In this document: in pieces, positions 21,650 to 36,558 of the stretch
Position numbering within the stretch: the first letter of the stretch is position 1
How the letters are laid out: every line of letters starts with the position of its first letter
Origin: Octopus vulgaris
Lineage: Eukaryota
Reading direction: 5' to 3'
DNA length: 64,000 nucleotides
NCBI GenBank assembly: GCA_951406725.2
Contig: OX597819.1
Span: 31,682,001-31,746,000, forward strand
Notes under the pieces: generated by a model
Told to the model about the DNA's origin: nothing
Database searches by the model: none
Seen by the model: only the letters and a program-made list of their open reading frames with translations
Program-made: the position numbers and the translations under genes

Positions 21650-24050
21650 ACGACTCAAATAGATGTCAACACTCACGACATGGTGTTTTACAGTATTGAG
21701 AGAACAACACTTGCTTTAGTAGCCATTACATGACATTCTACGGAAGTAGGAGAACACAAATTGTCATATTACTCAAGACATACGTCATTATACAGAAAGG
21801 GAGATAACTTATTCTAGTAGTTATTTAAATAGAACATTTACGAGGAGACTACTTGATGGAAGTAGGTAGATTTGACAAATGGTATTGTATATCATCAAGC
21901 GTGTACAGCTTGTCGGAAAGGTCATAAGACGTGACACTGTACAAAATTAATAGGAAACAATTTACTGTAGAAGTTTTAACCTATGACATTGTATAATATT
22001 GATAAGAGATAACTTGCTGGAGTTGCTTTGACACATAAGATTGTACAGAATTAAGTAAGAGTAAACAACGTGCTGAACTAGTTTTAACTTATGACATGGT
22101 AACGGATTAACAGGACATAATTTACTGTAGTAGTTTTGATATATGGCATTAAATATAATTAAGATGCGATATACTGCTAAAGTCTTGACATATTACTTTG
22201 TACATAATGAAACTATCACAAGTACACGAGAACGTATATAATTAAAAAGATCAAAGTATATGAGATTGTACATAATTAAAACGATCACAAGTATATGTAT
22301 GACATAGTGCATAATTAAATGTCACAAGTATATGACTGTAGATTATCAAGATGTCACAAGTATATGACTTTGTACATTATCAAGATGTCACAAGTGTATG
22401 ACATCGCAACATTGTACATAAAAGATCACAAATGTATGTATAACACTGTACATAATTGAAGGTCATAAGGTATATGATATTGTATATAAGAGGACAAAAC
22501 TGACTGCAATGGACGTAGGGATTTTAACAGAATCATTGCACAAATTTAAGAATCCACAATATACCCTAGTAGTTTTAAAATATTACTTTGAACAGAAAGA
22601 AAATGCGTTTTTCTACATTAATAATCTTAAATGACACCGTCTGGAATACAGAGAACACAAATTAATGCAGAAGAATTATAATACTTCACAGAACTAACAG
22701 GGTATAAACCTGCGATTAGAATTCCTAACATATAATATTGTCCAGAATTATGTAACGAATTTGTTGGTGTATTCATAAGCTACGACATTGTGCAGAATGG
22801 GTAGGTCACCATATACTGTAGTAGAATTAAGACACGTGGCACCATGAAAGAGGAGTCCCCATCCACTACTGGGCCGCAGTCCAATACCGAGCTGTAGATT
22901 ATTTCGTACCGGACTGCGCAGAAAGAAAATTTTTCATTTTATTTCTATTTTATTGACTATCGCGGTCTGCATTATATATTATATCATATATGCAATGTAC
23001 AAGTATTATTAACCTCCCTGCGAGCAGTAAAGAAATAAATATACAAGTATTACATATATATAAGTAATAATCAAATATATCATGCATTTTATTGTTTTGT
23101 TATGCGCGTGATCCACGGATCATGTCTTGTACGAAATCAGTCTGTGGTGTAAAAAACGTTGTCGGCCGCTGCTGCAATGAATGAGGGCAAAACTTTCTCT
23201 ACAAAAAAATTAAGACAATTCACGTTTCACAAGCAGTCCTGACCTTTGACGGCGTGCAGAAATATTAAGAAGATACTGTTTGGCATTAAGCGGACACAGG
23301 ACACAACTTGCTTTCGTACTTAAGTTATCAGTCATCAAGTAAGTTCTTAACAGAATTAGAACGCGAATTGATGACATGTGATATAACGTGTGACATGGAA
23401 CAGAATTAAGTGAACACAACATCCGGTAGTAATCTTATCATGAATTAGCTTATAGAATTAGAACACAACTTATTGTAATAATCATGAAATAGTATATGGT
23501 TTACAGTTAAGATGACAGACCTGTCGTTATAGTCTTAATATAATGACATTCTGTCTATAACAAAGGACAAAATTTGCCGCAATAATTTTTGCATAGAACA
23601 TTGTAGAGAATTAGTGAGACACAACCTAGCTCTGGTAAATTTATGGCATGGAATTGTATAAAATTAGTAAGACAACTTGCTGTAGAATTTTTAACATTGT
23701 ATATAGGAACACGAAACATGTAACAGTCTTCAAATATATTATAGTGAACTGAGATATAATACAAGCTGTTATCCTTAACATAGTGTTGTACAGAATTTAT
23801 AGGACACGGTATCCTTTAGCAGACTTCACATATGGTATTGTAAACAAAGACATCTTATAGCAGCTGTAACATACGATACAACAAAGAATTAACAGGACAC
23901 ACAGCTGGGTACAGTTGTTAGACATATATCGTTATAGTACTTGAATAGGGCACAACTGGCAAGTCTCAGTCTATGACACTGTACTGAATAAAAGGGGATA
24001 CAACTTGAGAATGCAACTTGCTATAGTAATAAATACTTACTGGTGACAAA
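21650..24050. repeat. Highly degenerate tandem repeat (about 35-50 bp unit)
   Basis: Recurrent GACACAACTTGCTGTAG..ATATGACATTGTACAGAATTA-like units; clearest at 22190-22500 (CACAAGTATATGACATTGTACATAATTA). Confidence 0.6.
22848..23175. mobile_element. Degenerate hAT-like MITE
   Basis: Ends AGGAGTCCCC..GGGCCGCAG and AAAAACGTTGTCGGCCGCTG resemble hAT/Charlie MITE termini; interrupts the tandem repeat. Confidence 0.4.
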
Positions 24051-24271
24051 GACACTGTTAATTAGTGACAAAGACAATAGTAATATCTATCTTTCGCAGT
24101 ATAGCTTGTTCTAACAGAACATCCACGTTTAAGTGGGGATTAATTAATATAATGATTATATTAATTAATATAATGATTATAACATGACATTTTATGGAAA
24201 CTTGAAAGCGCGATTAGCTGTAGTGTTCTCAACAAGTGATATTGCTGTAGAAGTTTGGCCATATGGACGCA

Positions 24272-24790
24272 AGAGTGGCTGTGTGGTAAGTAGCTTGCTT
24301 ACGAACCACATGGTTCCGGGTTCAGTTCCACTGCGAGGCACTTTGGGCAAGTGTCTTCTACTATAGCCTCGGGCCGACCAAAGCCTTGTGAGTGGATTTG
24401 GTAGACGGAAACTGAAAGAAGCCTGTCGTATATATGTGTATATATATATATATATGTGTGTGTGTGTATGTGTTTGTCCCCCCCAACATCGCTTTACAAC
24501 CGATGCTGGTGTGTTTTCGTCCCCGTAACCTAGCGGTTCGGCAAAAGAGACCGATAGAATAAGTACTAGGCTTACAAAGAATGAATATATATGTGTATGT
24601 GTTTGTCCCCCCAACATCGCTTTACAACCGATGCTGGTGTGTTTTCGTCCCCGTAACCTAGCGGTTCGGCAAAAGAGAGACCGATAGAATAAGTACTAGG
24701 CTTACAAAGAATGAGTGCTGCGGTCGATTTGCTCAACAAAAGGCGGTGCTCCAGCATGGTCGCAGTCAAATGACTGAAACAAGTAATAGA
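24272..24790 (+). mobile_element. SINE family B with an internal tandem duplication of about 120 bp
   Basis: 24463-24582 is repeated at 24591-24713. Confidence 0.85.
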
Positions 24791-25236
24791 GTATATGGGG
24801 AAACAATCGTTGTCAAAACTAGTGATGAAGGTATACCATAGAACAGGAATCACTAATTTCGCTTCGTAGTAGCCCACTTTATTTTTACCTTTGGCCATAT
24901 CCCTGCCAATTACCTCCACATTCTTATTTTGGCAACACTTATGTAAGCGAAAATTAAACAAATCGTGACGCAAACTCCTATGTAAAAGTCACCAACTGTC
25001 GTTCAACGACCCACAAATATATTAAACTTGAAGACCTTTCGAAAAGTTTGAAATCCATCAGAGAATATACCTCGATGAACCATTTTAGGGCTACAATAGT
25101 TCACTTGTTGCTGACCCCCGTCATAGAAAAAAATACACAAGAAGCACATGTTGGTGAGATGATAACAAAACGATAGAGGGAAATTGTTTGGTAGACAAAA
25201 AAGCAGGCCAAATGCAGGATGTTGTCGCTGCTGAGA

Positions 25237-25510
25237 AGCATGGCTCAGTGGTTAGAGCGTCGAACTCATAATCGCGAGGTAGCGGGTTCGATTCCCGTAC
25301 GGGTTGTCTTCTTGAGCAAGACACTTTATTTTCATATTGCTCCAGTTCACTCAACTGTAGAAATGTGTTGCGGCCATGGCCTTTCCTTGGATAACATCAG
25401 TGGCGCGGAGTGAGGACGCTGGTATGCATGGGTGACTGCTGGTGCCCAGACTTGTGCCACGGAGGGGAACTTTCTAGGCGCAATCCCACGGTCTTCATGA
25501 CCGAAGGGGA
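25237..25510 (+). mobile_element. tRNA-headed SINE (further family)
   Basis: TGGCTCAGTGGTTAGAGCG..GGTTCGATTCCC head followed by CTTGAGCAAGACACTT. Confidence 0.65.
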
Positions 25511-26278
25511 TCCTAAAACCTTAGATCAGCTATATTCGAAGACTTTTCAGTCCTACCCTTAAGACACTGGCTCTCATCCTTAGTCTATTGTAGCCTCAAA
25601 CCAAGGCTGCTTTTCTGGACAAAAGGAATCTGGGGAAGAACCCCGATACAATAGCATCGTACTTAGTACAAAATTTCCCTTGCAGTCATCTTGCAAACCT
25701 GTTGTCAAAGAGGGCAGCTAGTGCTGTCATAAAGCATGGGAATACTGGGTAGTTTCCTGGGAGCTTCACGAATCTAGGGGCCTAATTCTATGGCTATACA
25801 GCCTAGTGCAAGTGACTATCCAGGGGCCTATAATGCCTCTAAAACAGACCCCCTTTACACACACACAGACACATGAGGACACATAAACACACACACACAC
25901 ACACACACACACGTTAAATGGTATTTTGAACAGTAGCTCATTAAGTGTGCACATTATAGTAATTGTACACTTAAATACAAACATATTTCTACACACACAC
26001 ACACATGCACACGTGTGGGCGAGCATGTATGAGTGAAAATATGAGAGGCAGCCAGTCAGTCAGCTGCTTTCCATTGTCAAAACGGCAAACGACTGGTAGA
26101 CAGATATGTAAATTTATTCTACACACACACACACACACACAGGGAGAAAGGTACGGGTACGGACATATACGCACATACATAAATATCCATACACAGAGAA
26201 AGCTATAGACTTATGGATTATGAGCGACAAACACTAAGAGCCGCAGAGGTATTCACAAAGCGTGTGCATGAGTGTGCT

Positions 26279-26310
<32 letters not shown>

Positions 26311-26789
26311 AGCATGCACGCAAACATACTCATCATATACGTATAGACATACCTACATTCATGTGTATATATCAATCTATATATCTGATGTATATGCGTG
26401 TGTATGTATATGTGCATGTATGTGTATGTGTATGTATATGTGTATGTGCGTGCATGTCTGTGCGTGCGCGTGTCTTTGTGTGTGCGCCTGTGTGTGTCTG
26501 TGTATCTGTCAGTGTGTGTGAGTGCCTGTTTGTGTGTGTGTGTGTGTGTGCCTGTGTGAGTGTGTGCCTGTGTGAGTGTGTGCCTGTGTGTGTGTGTGTG
26601 TGCCTGTGTATGTGTGTCTGTGCGTCTGTGCATGTGTGTGTCTGTGCCTGTGTGTGTGTCAATGCGTGTGTGTGTGTATATCTGTGTCTATATACAGACA
26701 CACACACAAACTAATTACGCAAACATCTACACACACAAGCCGACACACTCAGTTACACACGAGTATCGAGCATATTCACACATTCGTAC

Positions 26790-27210
26790 ATGCACGCAGA
26801 AGCACACCCGTACACAGACGTATACACGCGCGTAAACCGACGTATACACACACGTACTCCGACGTATACACACACGTACTCCGACGTATACACACACGTA
26901 AACCGACGTATACACGCACGTAAACCGACGTATACACGCACGTAAACCGACGTATACACGCACGTAAACCGACGTATACACGCGCGCGCACACCGACGTA
27001 TACACACGCGCACACCGACGTATACACACGCGCACACAGACGTATACACATGCGCACACAGACGTATACACACGCGCACACAGACGTATACACACACGTA
27101 CACAGACGTATACACACACGTACACAGACGTATACACACACGTACACCGACGTATACACACACGTACGCCGACGTATACACACACGTACACAGACGTATA
27201 CACATACGTA
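26790..27210. repeat. Minisatellite, about 22-bp unit GACGTATACACACACGTACAC(A/C)
   Basis: Direct: regular recurrence of GACGTATACAC. Confidence 0.9.
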
Positions 27211-27661
27211 CATTTTCACAGACATAATGTTATTGATTTTTTGGTACAAAGAAAAGCCGACATTCCTCGAAAATGACGAGATTTAGGTGGAGAGGGCGGT
27301 AACGGAAACGCGAGTTTGAGCGAGCGAGCGAGAGCGAGAGAGAGAGAGAGAAAGAGAGAGAGAGATTGAGAGAGATCGATAGATAATTAGGAAGGCTGAT
27401 TGATGATAAATATCTGGAGTAGTGATATAGAAAGAAAGAAGCTGAAAAAGATAAGATGGACAGACTGGCCAATAGATCGATAGAGATGTATACATACATC
27501 AACACACTTATATATGTGCATACACACACATGCGCACACGCACGCACATACACACACACACACACACACACAGCGAGAGGTGCAACTAGAGATATCTAAA
27601 GTTAGACTGACCAACATAGACTTATATAATTCAGGTCAATCGATAAGTAGTAGCCGGATCA

Positions 27662-27716
<55 letters not shown>

Positions 27717-28121
27717 TGTGTGAATGTGTGTCTGCATATGTGTGTGCATACAAACATATGCAATCTATATAGATATATGTCTATCAATCTCTATCTGTGA
27801 GTATGTATATACAGAGAGATAGATAGATAGATAGATAGAGATACGTATGCAATATTATACATATCCACGTGTGTATGTGTGTGTGTGTATATATATATAT
27901 ATAATGCATGCAAGTCTGTGTTGTTCTGTAAATTACATACATATACGAATGCGTGTACATAAAGAACCATGCATTCATAGATGTATGTAAGTTACAGAAC
28001 AACACAAACTTGCATGCTTTCAGAGAAGGAAGCATGTTTGGTTGCACAGGAAATGAGAGGCTGTAGTTAACCTGTTTGTAGTTAAGTCGTCCATACATTC
28101 TGAACATGTGTGCGCGCGTGT

Positions 28122-28220
<99 letters not shown>

Positions 28221-28786
28221 GATGATCAAGAAGAGAGCGATTGTGAGAAAGTGTGAACAATTGAACATTCGACTAGTTAACTAGTTCTCCCTATGTGCTT
28301 GTGTAACTGATCAGGCATATATGAAATATCTGTCTTTGGTTGTGTAGTTAACAAGGTCGTTTTGTAACCAAACAGCTACGGTTTCGGTCCCCACTTATGT
28401 TATGTGTCATATTCGGGGTTTTAGATGTTTTTTATTTTGTTTGTTTCGCCCCCTAAGGTGGAATAAAGCACACGAAAATACTAAAGGGAATTTTATACAG
28501 CCAAATACTCTTCCTGTTTTTCCACACCTGGTTGTGTATGCATGCATGTACAGAAGGGTGATTAAGACGTACGCTTGGCAGCCACGTGAGCTACTGTGTT
28601 TTACTATACAGAAATTGTATGGAAGTCCATTGTGTGTGTGTGTGTGTGTTTGCGCATATAAGTAATTATTTGGCAACACAACCAGGTATATAAATGTCCT
28701 ACCCACAAGGGACCTATGCAGGATGGGTCGAAACGATCGTTGTGATGAATAAAGATTCTTGCGAACTCTGTTTTCCGTTTCCATAC

Positions 28787-28823
<37 letters not shown>

Positions 28824-29654
28824 TTGGCTGTGTGGTAAGAAGCTTGCTTCCCAACCACATAGTCCCAGGTTCAGTTCCACTGCATGGTACCATGGTCAAG
28901 TGTCTTCTACTATAGCCTCAAGCCGGCCAGAGCCTTTGTGAGTGGATTTGGTAGACGGAAAGCCCGTCGTATATACATATATACACACGAAGCGCTTTAT
29001 GGAAGCGAAGTATTAGGAATCAAAGTTCGTTGAAAACCACTGGATTAGAGTAAAACTGTTGAACAAAATCGTTAAACAGATCTTCCTATTGCCAACCCAA
29101 ACCAGTTTTCCAAGAAATACGTACGTATGCATACATACACACACATCCCATATACTACTAGTACTACTACTAATACTATTACTACTAATAATAAATGGAT
29201 TCAAATTTTAGCACAAGGCCGGCAATTACGGCGGAAGGGGTACGTCGATTATATCGACCCAGTGCACAACTGGTACTCATTTCATTGACCTCAAAAGGAT
29301 GAGAAGCAAATTCAAGCCCGGCGGAATTGGCCGCTAAGCACTTTGGCCGGCGGTGCCAGCTCGCCGCCTTAATAATAATAATTACCACACACACACACTC
29401 ACACACGTATACATACCACAAATCTATGTAATATCAGCAAATATCTCACCAAATAACTAACGCCACAACAGTCCTGTTGTACTTATGGCTATGTGCCTAA
29501 TAACCCAAATATCAACTTCTATTTGCATCGAATTTAATATAACACCATGAAGTCCCAAGCATAAAGGGAAACAACAAAACTAGTTCCAACTCCATACAAG
29601 ACAATAAGAGAAAAAACTAAGAAATGCTAGGGAATACAATCAGAATACAACACA

Positions 29655-29870
29655 AGGCGGCGAGCTGGCAGAAACGTTAGCACGCCGGGCGAAATGCTTA
29701 GCGGTATTTCGTCTGCCGTTACGTTGTGAGTTCAAATTCCGCCGAGGTCGACTTTGCCTTTCATCCTTTCGGGGTCGATAAATTAAGTACCAGTTACGCA
29801 CTGGGGTCGATGTAATCGACTTAATACCTATGTCTGTCCTTGTTTGTCCCCTTGTGGGTAATAAAGAAAT
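29655..29870 (+). mobile_element. SINE family C, Tx1-like tail, with target duplication
   Basis: GGAATACAATCAGAAT at about 29631-29646 and 29871-29886. Confidence 0.9.
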
Positions 29871-30989
29871 AGGAATACAATCAGAATGATGATGATGAAG
29901 ATATTCAAGCCCGAACAATCAATAAAAAAGAAAAAAGGGTAAGTGTAGAAACTATTACATACACATCATAATAATAATTTAAATCGAATAGGACAGAGGC
30001 ATCCTACCATCAGCTGGAAATCCTTATGGTTTCGACACCTATATCATTGAATACAATATGACCGCAGAGCCAAAAAGATATTTAAATACTGTCCAGGAAT
30101 TATAATGCATACGTATGCATACACCCGCCTCTCTCTTTCCCGCCTATCTATGTGTGCGTAATGTCGTATTTGATAGCATAAAAGACACGCGCATATCAAA
30201 CGCACCACATTATCAGCAACGCATATTTAGGAAAAAAAAAAAAGTATTTAGTGCATTAAGGCATGTAATATAGGCCAAATTTCGCACATAGAGGAGATGC
30301 TGGGTCATTTTTTTTTTCTTGTTTTGGGGGAAAAAAATGTGCGCCATGAAATACGGTGTGTGTACATACATGTATATATGTACAAGTACAAACCCACATA
30401 TTTATGTACGCAAATACACAGACACGCTATTATATAAGACATACGCATTTGTTTTTATCAGAAACATACCAATTTGTTTACATCAAAACATTAGGAAAAG
30501 ACGGGAGGTGGGGTTACACAAAACTAAAGAGATTTACATAGCTACAAGCTAGATATATAAGACAGACTGGCAGATATAAATAGATGGATAAAGAGAGAGA
30601 AACAGAGAGAGAGAGAGAGGGGGAGGAGAGATCGATGAATAGACGGACGGGTTGGTGGGCAAACTAACGCAGATAGACAGACAGATGGATGGATAAATAG
30701 ATGGATGGGAGGGAAAAGTTACAAAGAGTTGCAAAGATGTGGATAGTGAAAAGGAGAGGGAAGCCGGGACACCGATATACAAGGGAAGGAGTGTGGGGAA
30801 AGCGAATAGAAAGGGGAAAGCGAGGTCGAAAATTAAGTGTCAGTGGCGGGGGTAGTGATGGTGATGGTGCAGGCGGTGCAGAGTGATAATGAGAGTGAAA
30901 TGGTGATGGTGATTACTATGATGATGGCAGCGAAAGGAATTCGTCGAAGATGATTAAAAATGACATTTTTGTGAAGTGTTGGAGAGTTT

Positions 30990-31420
30990 CGTTGTGTAAC
31001 GTAGTGTGTGTGGAGTGGCGCTGTGTGGCGTAGTGTCACGTTCTATGTGTTGTAGTGTATTTGAGGTACTTGACGGCGTTGTGTGGTATGGTATGGGCGG
31101 TGGAGTTTTGTGCTCTAGTGTGATATGGTGTAGCGTTATTGTTGCGGTATAGTTAAGAATTGGGCAGTGTTATCACGGTGTAGTAGTGTGATGGCGTGGA
31201 GCATTGCAGTGTGGCGTAAGTGTAGTGTAAGTGCAGTTTGTAGTGTGACGCAAGTATAGTATGGAGTAAGTGCAGTGTGGGGCAAGTGAAATGTGAATTA
31301 AGTGTAGTGTTACGTAAGTTTTCAGTGGCCCAAGTGTAGTGTAACAAAGTGTAGCGTGGCGCAAGTATAGTGAAGTATTATGTGGTGTACAGCGATGTAT
31401 AACTGTAATATAGTGTGATA
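30990..31420. repeat. Degenerate (TAGTG)n-like repeat
   Basis: Direct: recurrent GTAGTGT / GCAAGTGTAG. Confidence 0.6.
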
Positions 31421-32437
31421 ATGAAGGAAATGGCGATTGTAGTCAGCATTGTCCCAAAATGTCAACTGATCCTTTTGAAGGTATTTCCCTTACTTTTTGT
31501 GTAATAAAAGCTAATCGTCTCCAGAGGGAGGTTTTGTTTACTAATTACGTAGATAACCTCAGATATTTCAAGTTTTATAATTAACTGGCCATACTACAAA
31601 AGTGGTAATCCATCATCGTATGTCTGTATTTAATAAGCAGGGAGTTCCACAGAGCCATTTCCCCTTGGCCATATCGCACAATATACCGGAAGGTATTTCA
31701 TCCAGCTATATTACCGAACAAACCATTCTACAGTTCTATCATTCCATGATTCTCCCATTCCTTTGCTCTTTCTCTCTCTCTAGAATAAAGGAATAACTAC
31801 AAATTACATGTTCAATAAGAAAATAAAAAGGAATATTTGTCGTCGTTTTGTAGAAGTCATTGCTTTTAATAACAATAACAGCAGCAGCAGCGGTGGCAGC
31901 AGCAGCAGCATCTGTAGCCGGTATAGGGGAAGCATTTGTGTGATTGCTCCCTTTGCTGGAAATAACAACCAAATCTTCCTTCATATTATAGACAATGTTC
32001 TAATTAATAGACACAATGGTCAGAGTTGGAACGCTTTTGATAATTTTCTGCTCGCCACGTTAAGAACAATAGCAACAGTAGAAAATGAACAATTTAATAA
32101 AAGTACCAGTTAGGTAATCGGGGTAGAGGAGTAAAACGGTGACATTACTCTTACTAGCACCATAGCCACTACCATTATCATCAATCCACAAACCGCATTA
32201 CTACCGCCACCACCAACTCAGTGACAATGAAGAATGCCTCTACATGCTGTTCAAGTTGCTAGAAATAATAACCGAATCCTTCTTATATGTCTCCGATCAT
32301 GTGTGGTAATGTACTGGGAGACATCTGAATATGACAGAACTTCATGGCTGGAATACCTTTCATTATAAATTTGCTATAGCAAGATTCGCTAAGAGCTAAA
32401 CCCCAACAAACCAAACCATTATAGCCGTTGTATCCTC

Positions 32438-32788
<351 letters not shown>

Positions 32789-32819
32789 TGCTTCTCTATC
32801 TCATTATTATAATTATATA

Positions 32820-33980
32820 TCTCTATATATAAAAGTCAGGTTGCGCGCGCGCGTGTGTGTGTGTGTGTGTGTGCAAACCTGCATGACTTCTGAAGTTCAC
32901 AATTGATTTTCTTCAAACTGGGAACATACATTATTTATGCTCTACGGACGGTTTTAGACTCTTATAATTTTTACCATAATGAGTAACGGGCCCTCTGGGA
33001 GCAGAAAATACCCTTTCCTGGGCTACTTGGAGTAGGGAGGTAACTTTCAGAAACTTATTGTTTCCCTTATTTACATCCAGCACGTTTAATCCGCTGAACG
33101 GTCTTCATCTTTTTAAAATATTGATGTAAATGTTTTTATTGACATTTAATTAACATAACAGTGTCATCTCACAGTTCATTGTATGTATTTCTTAAAATTT
33201 GCTAAGATATTGATATTATTTACCTTTTTTTATTGACATTTCCTTATCAAAGTAATTATCTTATTTTATTACATTATATTTCTTGAGATAATGTCTCCAA
33301 AGAGGAGATCCTCTATTGGTCGAAAAATTATCACAATTGGCTGTGTGAAAGAGCAATACTGGCTCCAAAAAAAAAAAAAAAAGCAGGACTATAAGTAAAA
33401 TTAACGAGCAGCTGTTGCAATACCTTCCTGGAAGCCCTCACATTGGTAAATTATCCAACAGAATTTCTTAATTCATTGGAGCCTCCAAGACTACCTCCCT
33501 ACAGAATGATACTTATAAGTATGGAGGCACATGGCCTAGTGGTTAGAGCAGCAGACCGGGCGATGTGTGTTTATGAGCGAAAACACCTAAGCTACACGCG
33601 GCTCCGGCAGAAGGTAATGGCGAACTTCTGCTGACTCTTTCGCCATAACTTTCCCTCACTCTTTCCTCCTGCATCTTGCAGCTCACCTGCGACGGACCGG
33701 CGTCCCGTCCAGGTGGGGAATCTATACGCCAAGAAACCGGGAAGCCGGCCCTTATGAACCAGGCGTGGCCCGAGAAGGAACAAACAACAAACAAAAATAC
33801 TTATAAGTGGGAACTTCAGTAATATTATTGAGAAGTTTAGATTCGCCAAAACTCTGCAATGGGATGCGCCTGGTGGTAAAGAAGATGATGCTACATGTTA
33901 CTGAGGCCACCATTCTCTCTAGATGTGGAAAAGGGGAGGGTGTTTTCATACCCAGGATTTCTCTCATTCCGTCGAGAGCA
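32820..33980 (+). mobile_element. Helitron relic with PIF1-type helicase fragment
   Basis: A|TCTCTATATATAAA 5' end; NWLCERAILAPK, YPTEFLNSLEPP.LPP, VILLRSLDSPKLCNG.RLVV and GEGVFIPRISLIPS are Helitron RepHel helicase motifs; split by a SINE. Confidence 0.85.
33523..33796 (+). mobile_element. SINE family A subfamily inserted in the Helitron helicase
   Basis: 12-bp TSD ATACTTATAAGT at 33509-33520 and 33797-33808; homologous to 52349-52650. Confidence 0.9.
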
Positions 33981-34829
33981 GTAATTCAGTTACTACATGT
34001 TGTCATGTGACTGCATAGGCTCAGTTTATGTTTCATACTCTACAGCCATACCAGCAATCCAATCTCAGCCCTTTGCCTTCTGCAAAATTTCAACAGATCA
34101 TTTCCCCCCTTACCGTCTCCCATTGTAGCCCCTTTCCAGAATGTACCCATTTACATATATGTCCATTACACCTACATTCATTCGACTGTCAACCATACGA
34201 TAGACCATGTTAGAGTCAGCACTGACCGCCGCAACGGAGAGTATATCCTCTGACAGCTTTTCAGTGAGTGCCAAAATCACCCCCACCCATTTTCCATGAC
34301 AGGTTAGGGCCTGGAATCTTCCAAACGGACGCATGACATGTTACTTAGTCGAATTAACTCATCGTTTACTCTACAAATGTTTTGTCGTCAATGCTGCACT
34401 TTTCCGCATCACATGTTTTAACGTGTATACACTACCGTCAGAAATTAATTAGCACCCTTGATTTGCTCTTCACTCAAGGTATGTGCTGTCACCTAGTGGC
34501 CATATCTCGAACTATTGCTTTGTTGCGAGTTCACTGTTGCGCAGAACGATGACGTAACTTTGTTTGCAGAGCAGTTTGAGAGTCTACAGCCTTATGATGT
34601 TGACATAGCAGTGCAACAACAACTTGGAGTGCGGATGCAGACAAATCTTCCTTTGTTTAATAGATATAGGTAGCGCCTCGCAAGACCGAAATCACACTAT
34701 ACTAAGTTTTCTCATCGCGTAAGACGTTTTGAACAGCTCATAGGTTAATTGATTTAACCTATTTAATGTAGAAATTTGAGAAGTGCTAATTAATTTCTGA
34801 CGCAAGTGTATATATATATATATATATAT

Positions 34830-35009
34830 ATATGGAGAGTTTACGAAAAAAAAAAGACGAATACAGGTGGTGTACAAAACAAACAGATGTATTAGTATAA
34901 CGCTCAGGAATAGAAAACGTCTTTTACGTTTCGAGCCTACGCTCTTCTACAGAAAGGGACACAGAAAACAAGGAGAGAAAAAAAAGTGTGTTGTGGCTAA
35001 CGATCTATC

Positions 35010-35012
<3 letters not shown>
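34830..35012 (-). mobile_element. Penelope-like terminal-repeat fragment in (TA)n with a hammerhead-like motif
   Basis: - strand CTTT CTGTAGA AGAGC GTAG GCTC GAA ACGT A AAAG (34921-34957); flanked by (TA)n. Confidence 0.5.
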
Positions 35013-35066
<54 letters not shown>

Positions 35067-35574
35067 TATATATATACACACACACAAAGTACGCCATTTT
35101 AATAACGAACAACGTCGGGTACCTCTCATTATTATAAGTCCACCATCACTATTGCCATCGAGTTATTAACATTTATGTACAATTATCATCGCCCTTATCA
35201 CTACAATCGTCATTGTCAACCACCACCTCTACATGCAGAATACCACCATTGCCACCTCAAATTTAATGTTTTCACTGACGTTTCGTGGTTGATTAAACCA
35301 CGTTATGTAGATAAAACAACTAAAAGAAAAAAACAACCTTCTCTGTTTTCACTTCTGCACACACAGAAGCAGACAGAGTTAAACAGACAAAACGTCTAAG
35401 ACAGGATTGTTGCAATCCAAAAGAACTTGAATTGCATCTAACGAAGGCGCTCTTGTGTTATTCCTTGCAGGTGTACATGTACACTGGCTCCCTTTCACAA
35501 TCTCCCTCCCTCCGTCATTTTCACGCTTATACACAAGCACACATATACACACACACACACATGCGTATATAGGT

Positions 35575-35935
35575 GCAGGCGTGGCTGTGTCGTAAGAGGT
35601 CTGCCTGGTAACTTGCCTGAGTCGTAAGTGGTTTGCGTGGTACCTTGGGCAATTGTCTTATACTATAGACTCGGGCCGACCAGTCTTGTGAGTGACAGAA
35701 ACTAAATGAAACCCGTGGTGTATGTGTGTGTGTGTGTATGTGTCTGTCTGTCTGTCTGTCTGTCCCACCACTGCTTGACAAGTGCTGATTGTTTACGTTC
35801 CCGTAATTTAGCGGCGCGGCAAAAGAGAAATAAGTACCAAGCTTTTAAAAGAATTAGCACTGGGGTCGATTCGTTCCACTGAAATTCATTCTTCAAGGCA
35901 ATGTCCCAACATAGCCGCAGTCTGAAACAAGTAAA
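35575..35935 (+). mobile_element. SINE family B, degenerate
   Basis: Homology to other copies. Confidence 0.7.
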
Positions 35936-36558
35936 ATATACATACGTGGATTTGAATCAATTAGGCCCCTACATGGTCATTCGACCTATTAGAACTAGCA
36001 GCCAAATCATCTTCAAATCGTCTTACTGTCTTCAATAAAGGATACCTTGAACAATGAAGTTGCTGACAGAGAAATATAAAACGGCACGGTCACGGTTGGA
36101 ACGCTTCTGATCATAGCACTGTTCACGGTTGATTTGAGTCAAAACAACACGTAGATTTACATACTGTGACTAAACATAAACACACAAATACATACATACA
36201 CAAAGAGCATACATACGCATATAGACACACAGACATACAAAACAATACACGCAATTTAAACTCGCATACACTTACACACAAAGCTCTACAAACCCTTACT
36301 GGTTTACGCACACACGCACTAACACACACAAACGCCGCGTGCCACAGCTATGCACAGATATGCTGTTCCTTCATTCTTTTATTGATCTTATTGCGTGTGT
36401 GTGGTCACACTGGAGTGCTCCTTTCACAGATTATATCAGTCCCAGCAATTATATTTTTATCGAGATCCATTTACCGAACAGTGAAGTTTTGAAACCTAAA
36501 AGGACAGAACACTAGTTTTAGCAACACTGCACACTGCAGGTCGTTTCGATATGTAAAA

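Noticed and set aside
26790-27210. CRISPR-like regular repeat
   Set aside because: Eukaryotic context, no unique spacers and no cas genes; it is a minisatellite.
33336-33980. Host PIF1 helicase gene
   Set aside because: Fragmentary, frameshifted, split by a SINE and preceded by a Helitron 5' end.
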